Positions 28,132-38,213 of a stretch of DNA of 64,000 nt are shown here, piece by piece. Numbering within the stretch: position 1 is the first letter of the stretch; each line of letters opens with the position of its first letter. A model generated the notes under the pieces. The model was not told where the DNA came from, searched no databases, and saw nothing but the letters and a program-made list of their open reading frames with translations. The position numbers and the translations under genes were made by a program. Source of the stretch: Terriglobales bacterium (GTDB lineage Bacteria; Acidobacteriota; Terriglobia; Terriglobales; Acidobacteriaceae); NCBI GenBank assembly GCA_035493765.1, contig DATJHT010000141.1:1249-65248 (forward strand), written 5' to 3'.

Positions 28132-28677
28132 CTAGGCTACCTTCAGCGTGGGCTGGCCTTTGCGCCAGTTCGAAGGGCACAGTTCGTTCGATTGCAGCGC
28201 ATCCAGCACCCGCAACACTTCCTCGGGATTGCGACCGACTGAGGCAGTAGTCACGTATACGAATTGGATTATGCCTTCCGGATCGACGATAAAGGTAGCG
28301 CGCTGGGGAACACCGCCAACCGGATCAAGAATTCCCAATTGCCCGCACAATTCGCGTTTGATGTCGGACAACAACGGAAAAGGCAGCCCTTTCAAGTCCG
28401 GATTCTGATTGCGCCAGGCATGGTGGGCCCATTCGGAATCGATGCTGCCACCGATGATCTGAGCCTCCCGCTCTTCGAACTGTTTATCGAGCTTCGCGAA
28501 CTCGCGGATTTCCGTGGGGCAGACGAACATGAAATCCTTAGGCCAGAAAAAATAGATCTTCCATTTTCCCGAATAGTCAAGGTCCGTGACCGTTCGAAAT
28601 GCCGCCTTTGGATCAGCTTCCGCCTCGACCAGCGCCGTCAACGAATAGGAAGGGAATTTTTCTCCAACACCCAGCAT
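28132..28677 (-). CDS. peroxiredoxin (AhpC/TSA family)
   Basis: ATG 28677 with AGGAGA upstream. KIYFFWPKDFMFVCPTEI peroxidatic-Cys motif. About 181 aa. Confidence 0.88.
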   Translation of the reverse strand: MLGVGEKFPSYSLTALVEAEADPKAAFRTVTDLDYSGKWKIYFFWPKDFMFVCPTEIREFAKLDKQFEEREAQIIGGSIDSEWAHHAWRNQNPDLKGLPFPLLSDIKRELCGQLGILDPVGGVPQRATFIVDPEGIIQFVYVTTASVGRNPEEVLRVLDALQSNELCPSNWRKGQPTLKVA

Positions 28678-28909
28678 GAGTTTTCTCCTACTTTCTTTGT
28701 GACCCTGCTTTGAGGGCGGTTTGAGGCTGCAGGCTGTACCATTATCACAAATTACTCTGGCTCTGTCCGATGACGAACCTGAGGTGTTCAACAGGCACCG
28801 CCCCAACAGCAACCCGGAGCGATTGAGCCTGGTTGCTTCACAAAGCCACTTTCCGCTTTCGCGGTATAGAATTAAGGGTACCTACCGAGATCATTTTCCG
28901 AGGTTAATC

Positions 28910-30502
28910 ATGGCGACCATTGAGGCAGTTCGTCCGCATAGTCACGCTCGTACCAGCCCGTTTCACAATGAACCTGCAACCGATTTCGCCCGAGGCGACG
29001 TGGCCCGCGAAATGCGGGAGGCACTGCGCCAGGTGGAAGGACAGTTGGGTCGTGAGTACGATCTGGTAATCGGAGGCCGGCGCGTCCGCACGTCGGACAA
29101 GATACAGTCGGTGAACCCGGCGCGACCGTCGCAGATTGTAGGTATCCACCAGAAGGCCGGCAAAGAGCACGTGGAACCGGCGATGGAAGCGGCTCTGCGC
29201 GCGTTCGAAAGCTGGCGCCGCACTTCCTGGGACGAGCGCATTTCTCTGCTCTTCCGGGTTGCCGAGATACTGCGCGAGCGCAAATTCGAAATGATGGCAT
29301 GGCTGGTGTTCGAGGTCAGCAAGAACTGGGCTGAAGCCGACGCCGATATTGCTGAGACCATCGATTTTTGCGAGTTCTACGCCCGCGAGGCACAAAAGTT
29401 ATCGCACGCCAAAGCTCCGGTGCAGCTGCCCGGAGAGCACGATCAATTCTTCTACATTCCTTTGGGAGTAGGCGCGGTGATTCCTCCCTGGAACTTTCCC
29501 TGCGCGATCATGGCGGGAATGACGCTGGCTTCAATTGTCTGCGGCAACACCGTTATTTTGAAGCCATCCAGCGACTCGCCGACCATTGCGGCTAAATTTT
29601 TCGAAATTCTGGAAGAGGCCGGCATACCGGAAGGCGTGGTGAACTTCTGTCCCGGCGCAGGCGGCAGTTTCGGAGATGCCGTGGTTGCGCATCCAAAGAC
29701 CCGTTACATTGCCTTCACCGGATCGCGTGAAGTTGGCCTGCGCATTAACAAGGTTGCAGCGGATCGTGCTCCCGGACAAGTCTGGATCAAGCGCACGATT
29801 CTCGAGATGGGTGGGAAAGATGCGACCATCGTTGATGCTGACGCCGACCTCGACTCCGCGGTTGAAGGTGTAGCGACGGCGGCTTTTGGATTTCAGGGGC
29901 AGAAGTGCTCTGCCTGCTCGCGGGCGATTATTGACGAGCGAATCTACGACAAGTTCCTGGAGCGCCTGAAGACGCGTGTCGAGCGCATGGAGATGGGTGA
30001 CCCGGTTTCAAATGCATATATGGGAGCAGTAATTAACGAAGGTTCAATGAAGTCGATTCTCGGCTACATCGAAGCCGGCAAACGCGACGGGCGAGTGATC
30101 ACAGGTGGTGAGCGCGCGACCGAGGCCGGCGAGGGCTATTACATCAAGCCGACCGTCATCGCGGATATCCAGCCGGGGTCAAAGCTGGAACAGGAAGAAA
30201 TTTTTGGGCCGGTACTGGCGGTGATTAAATCACGGAACTTTGAGCACGCGCTGCAAATCGCCAACGATACCGAATTCGGCCTGACTGGCGCGGTCTATAC
30301 CGGCTCGCAGGACAAGATCGATGTGGCAAAGCGCGAGTTTCACGTTGGAAATCTCTATATCAATCGCAAGTGCACCGGCGCAATTGTGGGCGCGCATCCC
30401 TTCGGCGGATTCAACATGTCGGGAACGGATTCGAAGGCCGGCGGCCCAGACTATCTGTTGTTGTTTACGCAGGCAAAGTCGGTGGGGGAAAAGATCAGGT
30501 AA
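28910..30502 (+). CDS. pruA: L-glutamate gamma-semialdehyde (1-pyrroline-5-carboxylate) dehydrogenase
   Basis: FHNEPATDF N-terminal signature, LEMGGKD catalytic Glu, and FGFQGQKCSACSRA catalytic Cys. I prefer ATG 28910 with an upstream GAGG over the longer track ORF. Confidence 0.9.
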   Translation: MATIEAVRPHSHARTSPFHNEPATDFARGDVAREMREALRQVEGQLGREYDLVIGGRRVRTSDKIQSVNPARPSQIVGIHQKAGKEHVEPAMEAALRAFESWRRTSWDERISLLFRVAEILRERKFEMMAWLVFEVSKNWAEADADIAETIDFCEFYAREAQKLSHAKAPVQLPGEHDQFFYIPLGVGAVIPPWNFPCAIMAGMTLASIVCGNTVILKPSSDSPTIAAKFFEILEEAGIPEGVVNFCPGAGGSFGDAVVAHPKTRYIAFTGSREVGLRINKVAADRAPGQVWIKRTILEMGGKDATIVDADADLDSAVEGVATAAFGFQGQKCSACSRAIIDERIYDKFLERLKTRVERMEMGDPVSNAYMGAVINEGSMKSILGYIEAGKRDGRVITGGERATEAGEGYYIKPTVIADIQPGSKLEQEEIFGPVLAVIKSRNFEHALQIANDTEFGLTGAVYTGSQDKIDVAKREFHVGNLYINRKCTGAIVGAHPFGGFNMSGTDSKAGGPDYLLLFTQAKSVGEKIR

Positions 30503-30516
30503 GCACGAGCGGTGTG

Positions 30517-30546
30517 GGTCGGACATTCTTGTCTGACCTTTCTATT
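30517..30546 (+). terminator. terminator of pruA
   Basis: GGTCGGACA-TTCT-TGTCTGACC (one G.U pair), followed by TTTCTATT. Confidence 0.6.
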
Positions 30547-30560
30547 CCGTAATTGTCGCA

Positions 30561-30588
30561 ACTGAAACGCGGACAGGAATGTCCGCGC
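30561..30588 (-). terminator. terminator of the acyl-CoA dehydrogenase gene
   Basis: The minus strand reads GCGGACA-TTCC-TGTCCGC followed by GTTTCAGTT, immediately after the stop at 30590. Confidence 0.5.
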
Positions 30589-30589
30589 C

Positions 30590-31762
30590 TCACTTTCCCA
30601 GCACCAGCTTCGCAATGGTCCCCAGTTGCATATTCGATGTGCCCTCGTAAATCTTGCCGATCTTTGAATCGCGCCAATATTTTTCCACGGGAAAGTCTTT
30701 CGTGAATCCAACTCCGCCGTAGATTTCAATTGCCAGCGAAGTTACTCGCTCGGCAACCTGCGACGCGAACAGCTTGGCCATCGCGGCCTGCTTGACGAAA
30801 GGCATTCCCGCGTCTTTCATGCGGGCGGCGTTATAAACCATCAGCCGCGCAGCTTCGATCTCCGTTGCCATCTGTGCAATCTGGAATTGAATGCCCTGAT
30901 ATTCGGAGATGGCCTTCCCAAACTGCTTACGTTCCTGCGCATACCGCGCCGCGTATTCCCACGCGCCCTGTGACACGCCGACCATTTGTGCGCCGATGCC
31001 GATTCGGCCTTCGTTCAGGGTTTCGATTGCGATCTTGTATCCCTTGCCAACTTCGCCAAGCACATTTTCTTTCGGCACGTGGCAATCTTCGAGGATCAAC
31101 TCGCAGGTCGATGACGCACGGATGCCGAGCTTGTCTTCTTTTTTCCCGATCGTGAACCCAGGCGTGTTCTTCTCGACGACGAATGCGGTAATGCCCTTGT
31201 ATCCGGCGCCGGGATTCACGGTCGCGAACAAAATGAAAATGCCAGCTTCTTTGGCATTGGTTATCCACAGCTTGCGTCCGTTGAGGAAATAATCGCTGCC
31301 GTGGAGGTCGGCGCGAGTTTGCAACGCGAAAGCGTCTGATCCCGAACCGGCTTCGCTCAATGCATATGAACCGACAGTCTCGGACGCCATACGCGGCAGG
31401 TAGCGCTTTTTCTGTTCGGCGTTTCCCCAGCGCAGCAAGGCATTATTGACTAACGTATTCTGCACGTCCACGACGACGCCTGCGGATGCATCGGCGCGAG
31501 ATAGTTCTTCGACAGCCAGAATGGCCTCGAAGAACTTGCCGCCGGCGCCGCCAAATTGTTCGGGAACCTCAATGCCCATGAGCCCAAGTTGAAAGAACTG
31601 ATCAATCAGCGATTTATCGAACACGCCCTTTTCGTCCATTTCGCGGGCCAGGGGGCGGACCTTTTCATCCGCGAATTGGCGAACGTTGTCTCGAAAAAGC
31701 AGTTCATCGTCAGAGAGAACCGTCAGTGGCGCGGCAGGAGCAGGCGAAAGCGTTTCGGGCAT
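30590..31762 (-). CDS. acyl-CoA dehydrogenase (short/branched-chain type)
   Basis: 390 aa. GSYALSEAGSGSDAF, WITNA and YEGTSNMQ motifs are typical of ACADs. Confidence 0.92.
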   Translation of the reverse strand: MPETLSPAPAAPLTVLSDDELLFRDNVRQFADEKVRPLAREMDEKGVFDKSLIDQFFQLGLMGIEVPEQFGGAGGKFFEAILAVEELSRADASAGVVVDVQNTLVNNALLRWGNAEQKKRYLPRMASETVGSYALSEAGSGSDAFALQTRADLHGSDYFLNGRKLWITNAKEAGIFILFATVNPGAGYKGITAFVVEKNTPGFTIGKKEDKLGIRASSTCELILEDCHVPKENVLGEVGKGYKIAIETLNEGRIGIGAQMVGVSQGAWEYAARYAQERKQFGKAISEYQGIQFQIAQMATEIEAARLMVYNAARMKDAGMPFVKQAAMAKLFASQVAERVTSLAIEIYGGVGFTKDFPVEKYWRDSKIGKIYEGTSNMQLGTIAKLVLGK

Positions 31763-31832
31763 GGAGGGACTCCAGAAAACAGAAAATTCTAGCAGGTTAT
31801 CGACCGAGTGTTTGTGCTGCCGAGTGGAGGGT

Positions 31833-32756
31833 TCAGCTCTGCGTGGGTGGCATGTTGCCGCCGTGAACCAGCTTCAGCGAATCTGTGCGGAGAATACGCT
31901 TGATCTGGGTGCGCGCATGTGAAGACCAGGGCCCGGTGGAATCCAGCCGAACGTATGCCTGCCAATGTTTCAGTGCCTTGCGCGGCTCTTTGATCTTTTC
32001 GTAGGCGAGGGCGAGATTGTAATGCGCATCAGCGTAAGTTGGCGCGAGTTGCAGGGCAGTAAGATAGGTCTGTATCGCCTCGGGCACACGTCCGGTTTCG
32101 TCGAGTACGTTGCCGAGATCAAAGTGTGCCAGTGCATAGCGGGAATCGATAGCCAGTGCGCGCCGGTAATGGTCTTCAGCGGCGCTGTAATCCTGACGGT
32201 TGTAATACAACGTGCCCAGATTGATGTGCGCCGCCGCATGCTGCGGATCTAGTTCCAGCACACGTTCGTAGGTTGCGATCGCCTGCAATTGATTCCGCGG
32301 ATCTTCTTCGAGCGTCACCCCCCGAGAAAACAACTCCGCAACATCCGCCGCTCCCGGTTCGGTCGGGGCAGGCGCAGCCAGATGTCTGGTTACGGGAACG
32401 CTGGCAACGACTTTCTCGTCCGGCGAAAAGTCGAACATGAATTGTCCGGCGATAGGCTCCAACAAGCGGCCGCCGTGACGAAACGCCACGCGATGACGGC
32501 CGCTGATATCGGCGCTGGCTTCAAGCAGCGGGTTCTCCATCCCATTAGCCTGTTTTTGCATGGCGGCGATGGACTCGCGAATCTCGCCGGGGCGCACCTT
32601 GCGGGCGCACAGATCGCGTACTTTTTTGACCTGCAGGAGGTCAAAAAAAGTGTAACTCTCGGCAGCGGTCACCAGACCGCTCTTCTCCCAGGCCGCCAGT
32701 TGGTGGGCGCTGATGTGGAGAATGCGAATCAGATCTTGTCGAGTGTATCTGTACAC
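31833..32756 (-). CDS. MerR-type HTH protein fused to TPR repeats
   Basis: N-terminus MYRYTRQDLIRILHISAHQLAAWEKSGLV (MerR-like HTH). The C-terminal half holds about 4 TPRs (AAAHINLGTLYYNRQDYSAAEDHYRRALAIDSRYALAHFDLGNVL...). Confidence 0.65.
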   Translation of the reverse strand: MYRYTRQDLIRILHISAHQLAAWEKSGLVTAAESYTFFDLLQVKKVRDLCARKVRPGEIRESIAAMQKQANGMENPLLEASADISGRHRVAFRHGGRLLEPIAGQFMFDFSPDEKVVASVPVTRHLAAPAPTEPGAADVAELFSRGVTLEEDPRNQLQAIATYERVLELDPQHAAAHINLGTLYYNRQDYSAAEDHYRRALAIDSRYALAHFDLGNVLDETGRVPEAIQTYLTALQLAPTYADAHYNLALAYEKIKEPRKALKHWQAYVRLDSTGPWSSHARTQIKRILRTDSLKLVHGGNMPPTQS

Positions 32757-32896
32757 GTTTTCTGAGAGGCTCTGCGCACATTATCGGGAGCGCGTCCTCC
32801 AACCGCAAGTACAAAGTCGCACGTTCAGGTACCTTTTCAATCAATGTTTGCAGCAGGATTGGTGCAACTTCTGTTGATTACTGTGGAAGAAAGCGC

Positions 32897-33838
32897 CTAT
32901 TTGAAAAATACTCCCATATCGGGCGCAAGTGACGCAGCTCCAGGAAAGGAATTGATGCCAAGGGTCGAGAGCGTCAGCCTGAGAGTGCTCTGGTGCTGGA
33001 AGTCGGTCGAGGTCTTGAAACCAGTCTTCACCTGAGGTCCAACCACAATCATCGCTACGTGGCCGCCACCGTGGGCGACGTCAGCTAATACGCTTTCATC
33101 GAAAACAATAATCAGCAGCCCATTCTTCTGAAAGCCGGGGCTTTTGATTAAAGGATCAATATTGCTTTTGAGCCACAGATCCGCCATTGCCAAAGTGCCA
33201 TCGTGAGCGTCATGGAGAGCGTTGGGAACGATGAAGGAGTAATCCGGCAGATTCCCTGCCCCCAAGTCGGAACCGAATTGAGAAAACGGAACCAGATTGT
33301 TCGCCTGGCTTGTGCCCAACACGTCTGAAAAATAACTGAAGGGGTTATGGTGACGGAAATATGGGTAAACGTCGCCGCCGGTGTACCCCACGCTGGGCAG
33401 GCCCTCCGCATAACTTCGCCAACTCTTCCCGCCGTTTACCAATTCGCGAACAACGTTGTCATCAGTGATGGTCCCGCTAAAAGAATCGTCAATAGTCTCG
33501 ATCTGTCCGGTGGTCAACATCAGGTAGTTGCCGATTGAAGGATGGACATCGGCGTAATACTGCGTCGCCAAACCGTATTGGTTGGCAAGTTGGTTGAGGT
33601 AAGGCATGCTGGAGCTGCCGATCACCTCGGAATAGCTGTGGTTCTCTTCCACCACCACGAAGACCTTACCCGATACAGCGACACTGGATGACCCCGAGTT
33701 GTTCGAAAGGCCGATTGAGCCGCCACCACATCCGGCGGCAACTGCAAGAAAAGCGAATATGAGAGCCAAGCCAGCGCGCGGAGCGCAGCGGACTGTCAGG
33801 GAGAAGTTGTGCACAGATCTTCGATGCCATTCATGCAC
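32897..33838 (-). CDS. phosphoesterase family lipoprotein (acid phosphatase/PLC-like)
   Basis: Lipobox LAVAAGC. The VFVVVEENHSYSEVIG and LPNYSFIVPN...HDAHDG-like motifs are characteristic of the phosphoesterase family. Confidence 0.7.
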   Translation of the reverse strand: MHEWHRRSVHNFSLTVRCAPRAGLALIFAFLAVAAGCGGGSIGLSNNSGSSSVAVSGKVFVVVEENHSYSEVIGSSSMPYLNQLANQYGLATQYYADVHPSIGNYLMLTTGQIETIDDSFSGTITDDNVVRELVNGGKSWRSYAEGLPSVGYTGGDVYPYFRHHNPFSYFSDVLGTSQANNLVPFSQFGSDLGAGNLPDYSFIVPNALHDAHDGTLAMADLWLKSNIDPLIKSPGFQKNGLLIIVFDESVLADVAHGGGHVAMIVVGPQVKTGFKTSTDFQHQSTLRLTLSTLGINSFPGAASLAPDMGVFFK

Positions 33839-33857
33839 ACGACGGAAAAGGTTAGTT

Positions 33858-33893
33858 CCGGAAAATAACCATCTGCGGAGCCGGGAACCGCAG
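33858..33893 (-). terminator. possible terminator of the RNB gene
   Basis: The minus strand reads CTGCGG-ttcccggct-CCGCAG followed by ATGGTTATTTTCC. Confidence 0.4.
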
Positions 33894-33903
33894 ACAGGGG
33901 TAC

Positions 33904-35373
33904 TCAGGCCCGGACGAAATCAATGTAGCCCCGTTGGACGTCGGTGCGGACCAGTTTCACTTCTAGCCTGTCACCCACATCGAGGCCATGTGCCTGATCG
34001 AGCAATCCCTCCACCCGAGGATTGAGCACGCGAACGAAGGTTCCGTGTTCGGTCACGCCGGTCACGATTCCATCGAACGTCTGGCCAATTCGACCGCTCA
34101 TCGCGATCGCAGCTATACGCTTCCCCATATCGCGTTCGACTTTATTGGCGGCGTCTTCTTTCAGCGTGCAGTTGCTGGCGATGGCCTGAAGCTCGCTATC
34201 TGAATAAGGGCTGGGACGCCCAGCGGTTACGGCCTTCAGCAATCGTTGAGTGACTACATCCGGGAACCGGCGGTTGGGCGCTGTGGAATGGGTGTAGTCC
34301 TGCACCGCCAGACCGAAGTGACCAATTTCAGGCTCGCCGGGCCGTTCGAGAACGTATTCCCCCTTACCGATCAACTTGATTACGGCCAGCGAGAGGTCCG
34401 CAAAGCGATCGGGATCAGCCGACTTCTGGTTCAGCAAAAAATCATTCAGCGCTTTTGAGTCCGGGTCGGGCGGCAACTTGAATTTCTTCGCCGCTGCGAG
34501 TTGCACGATGCGGTCCCAGTTTTTAGGAGTCCTGACGATTCGACGGATTGATGAAACGTTCAGCAGCAGGCGCGCGACCACACCGTTCGCGGCGATCATA
34601 AAGTCTTCAATCAGGTCGGTGGCGAGATTGCGCTCGGTGTTCTTTACGTCAACGACCTGCTGATCCACAAACACCGGCTGCAGTTCATTGCTGTCCAAGT
34701 TCAGCGCGCCGTGTTCGACGCGCTCCTTTTTGAGCGCTTGTGCGGCGTCATTCTGCAGTCGCAATTGTGCCTGCAACTCCGAAGACGCAGCCACTTTGGG
34801 CGGAGCGGCCGACGTGCCTTCCAGCCATGCGCCCACCGCGTTATAAGTGAGCTGCGCCTTATTGCGTACGACTGCGGGATAAACTGCGCCGCCGCTGACT
34901 GTACCGTCCGAACCTGCAACGAACTCAGTGACCATGGCGAGCCGGTCACCAGTTTCGAGCAACGACGAGGCGTCGGTTGAAAGCTCTTCCGGCAGCATGG
35001 GGAAGATCCGAACACCGGTGTAGATGCTGGTGGTTTGTTTCGCCGCATGACCGTCTATCGCAGAGCCTTTGGAAACGAAGGCGTCAACGTCGGCGATGCC
35101 GACCATCACCTTCACCGCACCGTCGGGTTGGCGTTCCGCCACTTCGATCTGATCGAGATCGCGAGAAGTATCATTGTCGATCGAAGACCATAGCAGGCCG
35201 CGCAGATCGCGAACAGCCTTTGAACTGGAAACTTGCGCAACTGGATTTTGGGCACGAATCTGGTGCAGTTGTTGCTGCACGGCCGATGAAAAGTCCGGTT
35301 CGAAGCCACGCTCAAGCATGATCTGCCGGGCCATGGCTTGCAGGTCAACGTGCTGAGACTGAGAATTACTCAT
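33904..35373 (-). CDS. RNB-domain exoribonuclease (RNase II/R family) with C-terminal S1 domain
   Basis: GHFGLAVQDYTHSTAPNRRFPDVVTQRLL (RNB motif) and a C-terminal S1-like GQTFDGIVTGVTEHGTFVRVLNPRVEGLL. No N-terminal cold-shock domains are evident. The start is uncertain, either ATG 35373 or the Met 13 codons downstream. Confidence 0.85.
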   Translation of the reverse strand: MSNSQSQHVDLQAMARQIMLERGFEPDFSSAVQQQLHQIRAQNPVAQVSSSKAVRDLRGLLWSSIDNDTSRDLDQIEVAERQPDGAVKVMVGIADVDAFVSKGSAIDGHAAKQTTSIYTGVRIFPMLPEELSTDASSLLETGDRLAMVTEFVAGSDGTVSGGAVYPAVVRNKAQLTYNAVGAWLEGTSAAPPKVAASSELQAQLRLQNDAAQALKKERVEHGALNLDSNELQPVFVDQQVVDVKNTERNLATDLIEDFMIAANGVVARLLLNVSSIRRIVRTPKNWDRIVQLAAAKKFKLPPDPDSKALNDFLLNQKSADPDRFADLSLAVIKLIGKGEYVLERPGEPEIGHFGLAVQDYTHSTAPNRRFPDVVTQRLLKAVTAGRPSPYSDSELQAIASNCTLKEDAANKVERDMGKRIAAIAMSGRIGQTFDGIVTGVTEHGTFVRVLNPRVEGLLDQAHGLDVGDRLEVKLVRTDVQRGYIDFVRA

Positions 35374-36106
35374 GGGGAGAACTCAAAGCTTAACATTTTC
35401 GAACCGATTGGCCGTCATACTGGTTGCGCCGCGTAATCCGTTGAACATTGGTGCCGCGGCGCGGGCGATGACCAATTTCGGGTTTGCGGACCTCCGGTTA
35501 GTGAATCCATACAAAGTTGCATTCCGCGAAGCAAGGTCAGCAGTCGGAGCAGCCGGGTTGCTGGCGAAGGCCCGTGAGTACTCCGACGTCGCCGAGGCCG
35601 TAGCGGACTGTTCTCTCATAGTGGGCACTACGGTGGGACGTAATCGACACGTGGATCACGAAATGCGGCCGCTGCCCGACGCTGCACCTGCAATCCATAA
35701 AGCGCTCCGATCCGGCAACATGGCCCTTCTGTTCGGATCAGAAAAGCGTGGCCTTTCCAATCATGACCTCAGCTACTGTCACTGGCTAATTCGGATTCCC
35801 ACGGTCGCGAGCAATCCTTCAATGAACTTAGGACAGGCGGTCTCGCTTTGCCTATATGAACTAGCCAAGGGCACAATGCCAGGCAAAGGCAAACCAGAAG
35901 CAACTGCCAGTAGCGCAGAAGTCGAAAGATTGACCGCCACTCTCGTTGAAGCTTTAGCGGTCAGCGGTTACTTGAAAACAGCAAACACCGATTCCGAGCA
36001 AAAGATCAGACGAATGATTCGGCGGCTGAAGCTATCCGCGGAAGACACACCAACGCTGTTAGGCATGCTTCGCCAAATGCTATGGAAGATGAAGGCGAGA
36101 GGATAG
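35372..36106 (+). CDS. SpoU/TrmJ-type RNA 2'-O-methyltransferase
   Basis: LAVILVAPRNPLNIGAAARAMTNFGFADLRLVNP and LLFGSEKRGLSN...IPT...SMNLGQAVSLCLYE are typical of TrmJ/SpoU. The start is uncertain because ATG 35372 overlaps the divergent gene's start. Confidence 0.8.
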   Translation: MGRTQSLTFSNRLAVILVAPRNPLNIGAAARAMTNFGFADLRLVNPYKVAFREARSAVGAAGLLAKAREYSDVAEAVADCSLIVGTTVGRNRHVDHEMRPLPDAAPAIHKALRSGNMALLFGSEKRGLSNHDLSYCHWLIRIPTVASNPSMNLGQAVSLCLYELAKGTMPGKGKPEATASSAEVERLTATLVEALAVSGYLKTANTDSEQKIRRMIRRLKLSAEDTPTLLGMLRQMLWKMKARG

Positions 36107-36283
36107 CGAGCGCTGATAATTACAGCAGGGTTCAACCGCTTTCGACGGCCACGCAAACGCCCTTTAACCTGGTGTATGGGGCCCGGCCCTAATGCTCGTG
36201 ATCGTCAATCACTGTGAAGTCCCCGAATGTGAATCGCATATTGCAAATACTCGAATTGCATAAACATTCGAGGACTAACACGA

Positions 36284-36970
36284 TTAGCTTTGTCCATACA
36301 CCGGAATCACGGCGCCGTTTACATCCTTTCCAGCGCTGGCCGCGAGCCAGACCATCAGGCTGGCAATGGTGGCGGGCTTTACCCATTTGGAAAAATCTGC
36401 TTGGGGCATGGCTTTACGATTTGCAGGCGTATCAATGGTGCCCGGGAGGATGACGTTGGCCGTCATTCCCGTGTCGTAATTTTCAGCTGCGACCGTGCGA
36501 ATGAGCGAAACCATGGCAGCTTTGGAAGCGCTGTAGGCACCCACGCCGGCGCCCGGTTCAAGCGCGGCACGGCTGCCGATTGCGATAAGGCGGCCACTGC
36601 CAGACGCCCGCAGTGCCGGAATCGCAGCCCTGAGCAGATAAAACGTAGCATTCAGGTTCATCTCAAACATCTGCTGGAATGTCTGGTCACTGGTATCAGC
36701 AACCGATTGCCCGCCGGCAAACCCACCCACTGTATGCCCTAAAACATCCAGCCTTCCGAATTTGCTGACCACCTGATCAATTAATGAGTTAGCGCCATGC
36801 GCACTGGCAATATCTGCGGATACAGCCGTAAAGCCCGAGCTGGAAAACTCCGATTGCCGTATTTCGCGCGAACTACCAATCACGTTGGCACCTGTATCGA
36901 GAAATGCCTGGGTCACCGAAGCTCCCAGGCCGCCGTTTGCGCCCGTCACCAAGACTACTTTGCCTTTCAT
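36284..36970 (-). CDS. SDR family oxidoreductase
   Basis: MKGKVVLVTGANGGLG (TGxxxGxG) and YSASKAA catalytic motif. ATG 36970 is preceded by AGGAGA. Confidence 0.88.
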   Translation of the reverse strand: MKGKVVLVTGANGGLGASVTQAFLDTGANVIGSSREIRQSEFSSSGFTAVSADIASAHGANSLIDQVVSKFGRLDVLGHTVGGFAGGQSVADTSDQTFQQMFEMNLNATFYLLRAAIPALRASGSGRLIAIGSRAALEPGAGVGAYSASKAAMVSLIRTVAAENYDTGMTANVILPGTIDTPANRKAMPQADFSKWVKPATIASLMVWLAASAGKDVNGAVIPVYGQS

Positions 36971-37124
36971 GATTTTCTCCTGCGATGGTATTTCGACCCG
37001 CAATCTAATCAGACCGCATTGGATCCAATAATCATAGTCGGTGCAGCTAGTTGCGACACCACAGGCCCGTCCATTCCTCCTCACTGCCGCTGGTGGCGGA
37101 AGTCGAATAAACTCATCTCAGGCG

Positions 37125-38195
37125 ATGAACTCAGGCGAACCAGTTGATTCAGGCAAAAATGCGGATACGCAAGCGCCATCTCTGCCCGCTCAGGAGGACA
37201 ACCCCGGCATAGGGGAGCCAGTGTCGCTGGTCAATACGCGGATTTGCGACCTGGGACTCACGATTGAAAACTCGGCGGTCGAGAAGTTCGTACAACAGCT
37301 TTATCGCGAACTGGAACAGAAGCGGATCATGAAATTCCGGCCGGCATGTTACCTGACCGACGAGTGGGGATGCCCCTCCGGCGAACCAACTATAGGAATC
37401 CCGTTTTATCTGGCACGGCCTGACTTGGGGCAGATCGAGCGAGAGAACAATGATCTTGAGGACAGCCGTGAAATCATGATGTATCTGCGCCACGAAGCCG
37501 GTCACGCCTTCAACTATGCGTACCGCCTGCACCGCACGCCAGAATGGAAGCACCTGTTCGGGCCGTATCGCCGACCATATCGAGAGAACTACCGGCCGGT
37601 GCTGTTCTCGAGAGATTATGTGCGTTATCTACCCGGCTGGTATGCACAGAAGCATCCGGATGAGGACTTTGCTGAAACCTTTGCGGTGTGGATGACCCCG
37701 GGATCGAGTTGGCGTACCAAGTATCGGGGATGGGGTGCCATGGCAAAGCTGAAATACATGGACCGCATCGGGCGTGAACTCGGGAACATCGATCCGCTGC
37801 GCAAGCGCGGCACCCCGGACGTTACGGTTGCGGACATGGAGATGACGATCGGCGAATTTTACCGCCACTCCACCGAGCAGATGCCTCTGCTGCACGTGGA
37901 TCTGGATGGCGACTTGGCAACGGTGTTCCCTAAACTAAAGCGCAAGAGCACGGCCGAAGCGGCGCAGAGCTTCTTGTTGCGGCATCAGAAAATTCTAGTG
38001 GATCAGATCGCCAGTTGGACGGCCATGCCGCGCCCCCTGGTGCGCAAGCTGATGGATTTGATCGGAAAGCGCAGTGCGGAAATGGGATTGGCGATCGATC
38101 GCAGGAAAGAAACGCAACACCTGTCGGAGTTCACGGTGTTCGCGACCACACTGATCATGAACCATCTGGCGCGAAACCGGTCTTTTCAGGCGTAG
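37125..38195 (+). CDS. putative zinc-binding metallopeptidase (Peptidase_Mx-like)
   Basis: HExxH in MMYLRHEAGHAFNYAY with a downstream DEDFAETFAVW. The overall sequence resembles the 'putative zinc-binding metallo-peptidase' family found next to ATP-grasp genes. The start could be 37125 or 37041. Confidence 0.7.
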   Translation: MNSGEPVDSGKNADTQAPSLPAQEDNPGIGEPVSLVNTRICDLGLTIENSAVEKFVQQLYRELEQKRIMKFRPACYLTDEWGCPSGEPTIGIPFYLARPDLGQIERENNDLEDSREIMMYLRHEAGHAFNYAYRLHRTPEWKHLFGPYRRPYRENYRPVLFSRDYVRYLPGWYAQKHPDEDFAETFAVWMTPGSSWRTKYRGWGAMAKLKYMDRIGRELGNIDPLRKRGTPDVTVADMEMTIGEFYRHSTEQMPLLHVDLDGDLATVFPKLKRKSTAEAAQSFLLRHQKILVDQIASWTAMPRPLVRKLMDLIGKRSAEMGLAIDRRKETQHLSEFTVFATTLIMNHLARNRSFQA

Positions 38196-38213
38196 CCTAA
38201 TTATGGAGGTGCA

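Noticed and set aside
28132-28812. Possible selenoprotein candidates: the peroxiredoxin, DsrE-like and TusA genes
   Set aside because: All have Cys, not in-frame TGA, at their active-site positions (FVCPTE, CPMP). No ORF in the window is split by TGA in a way that suggests Sec.
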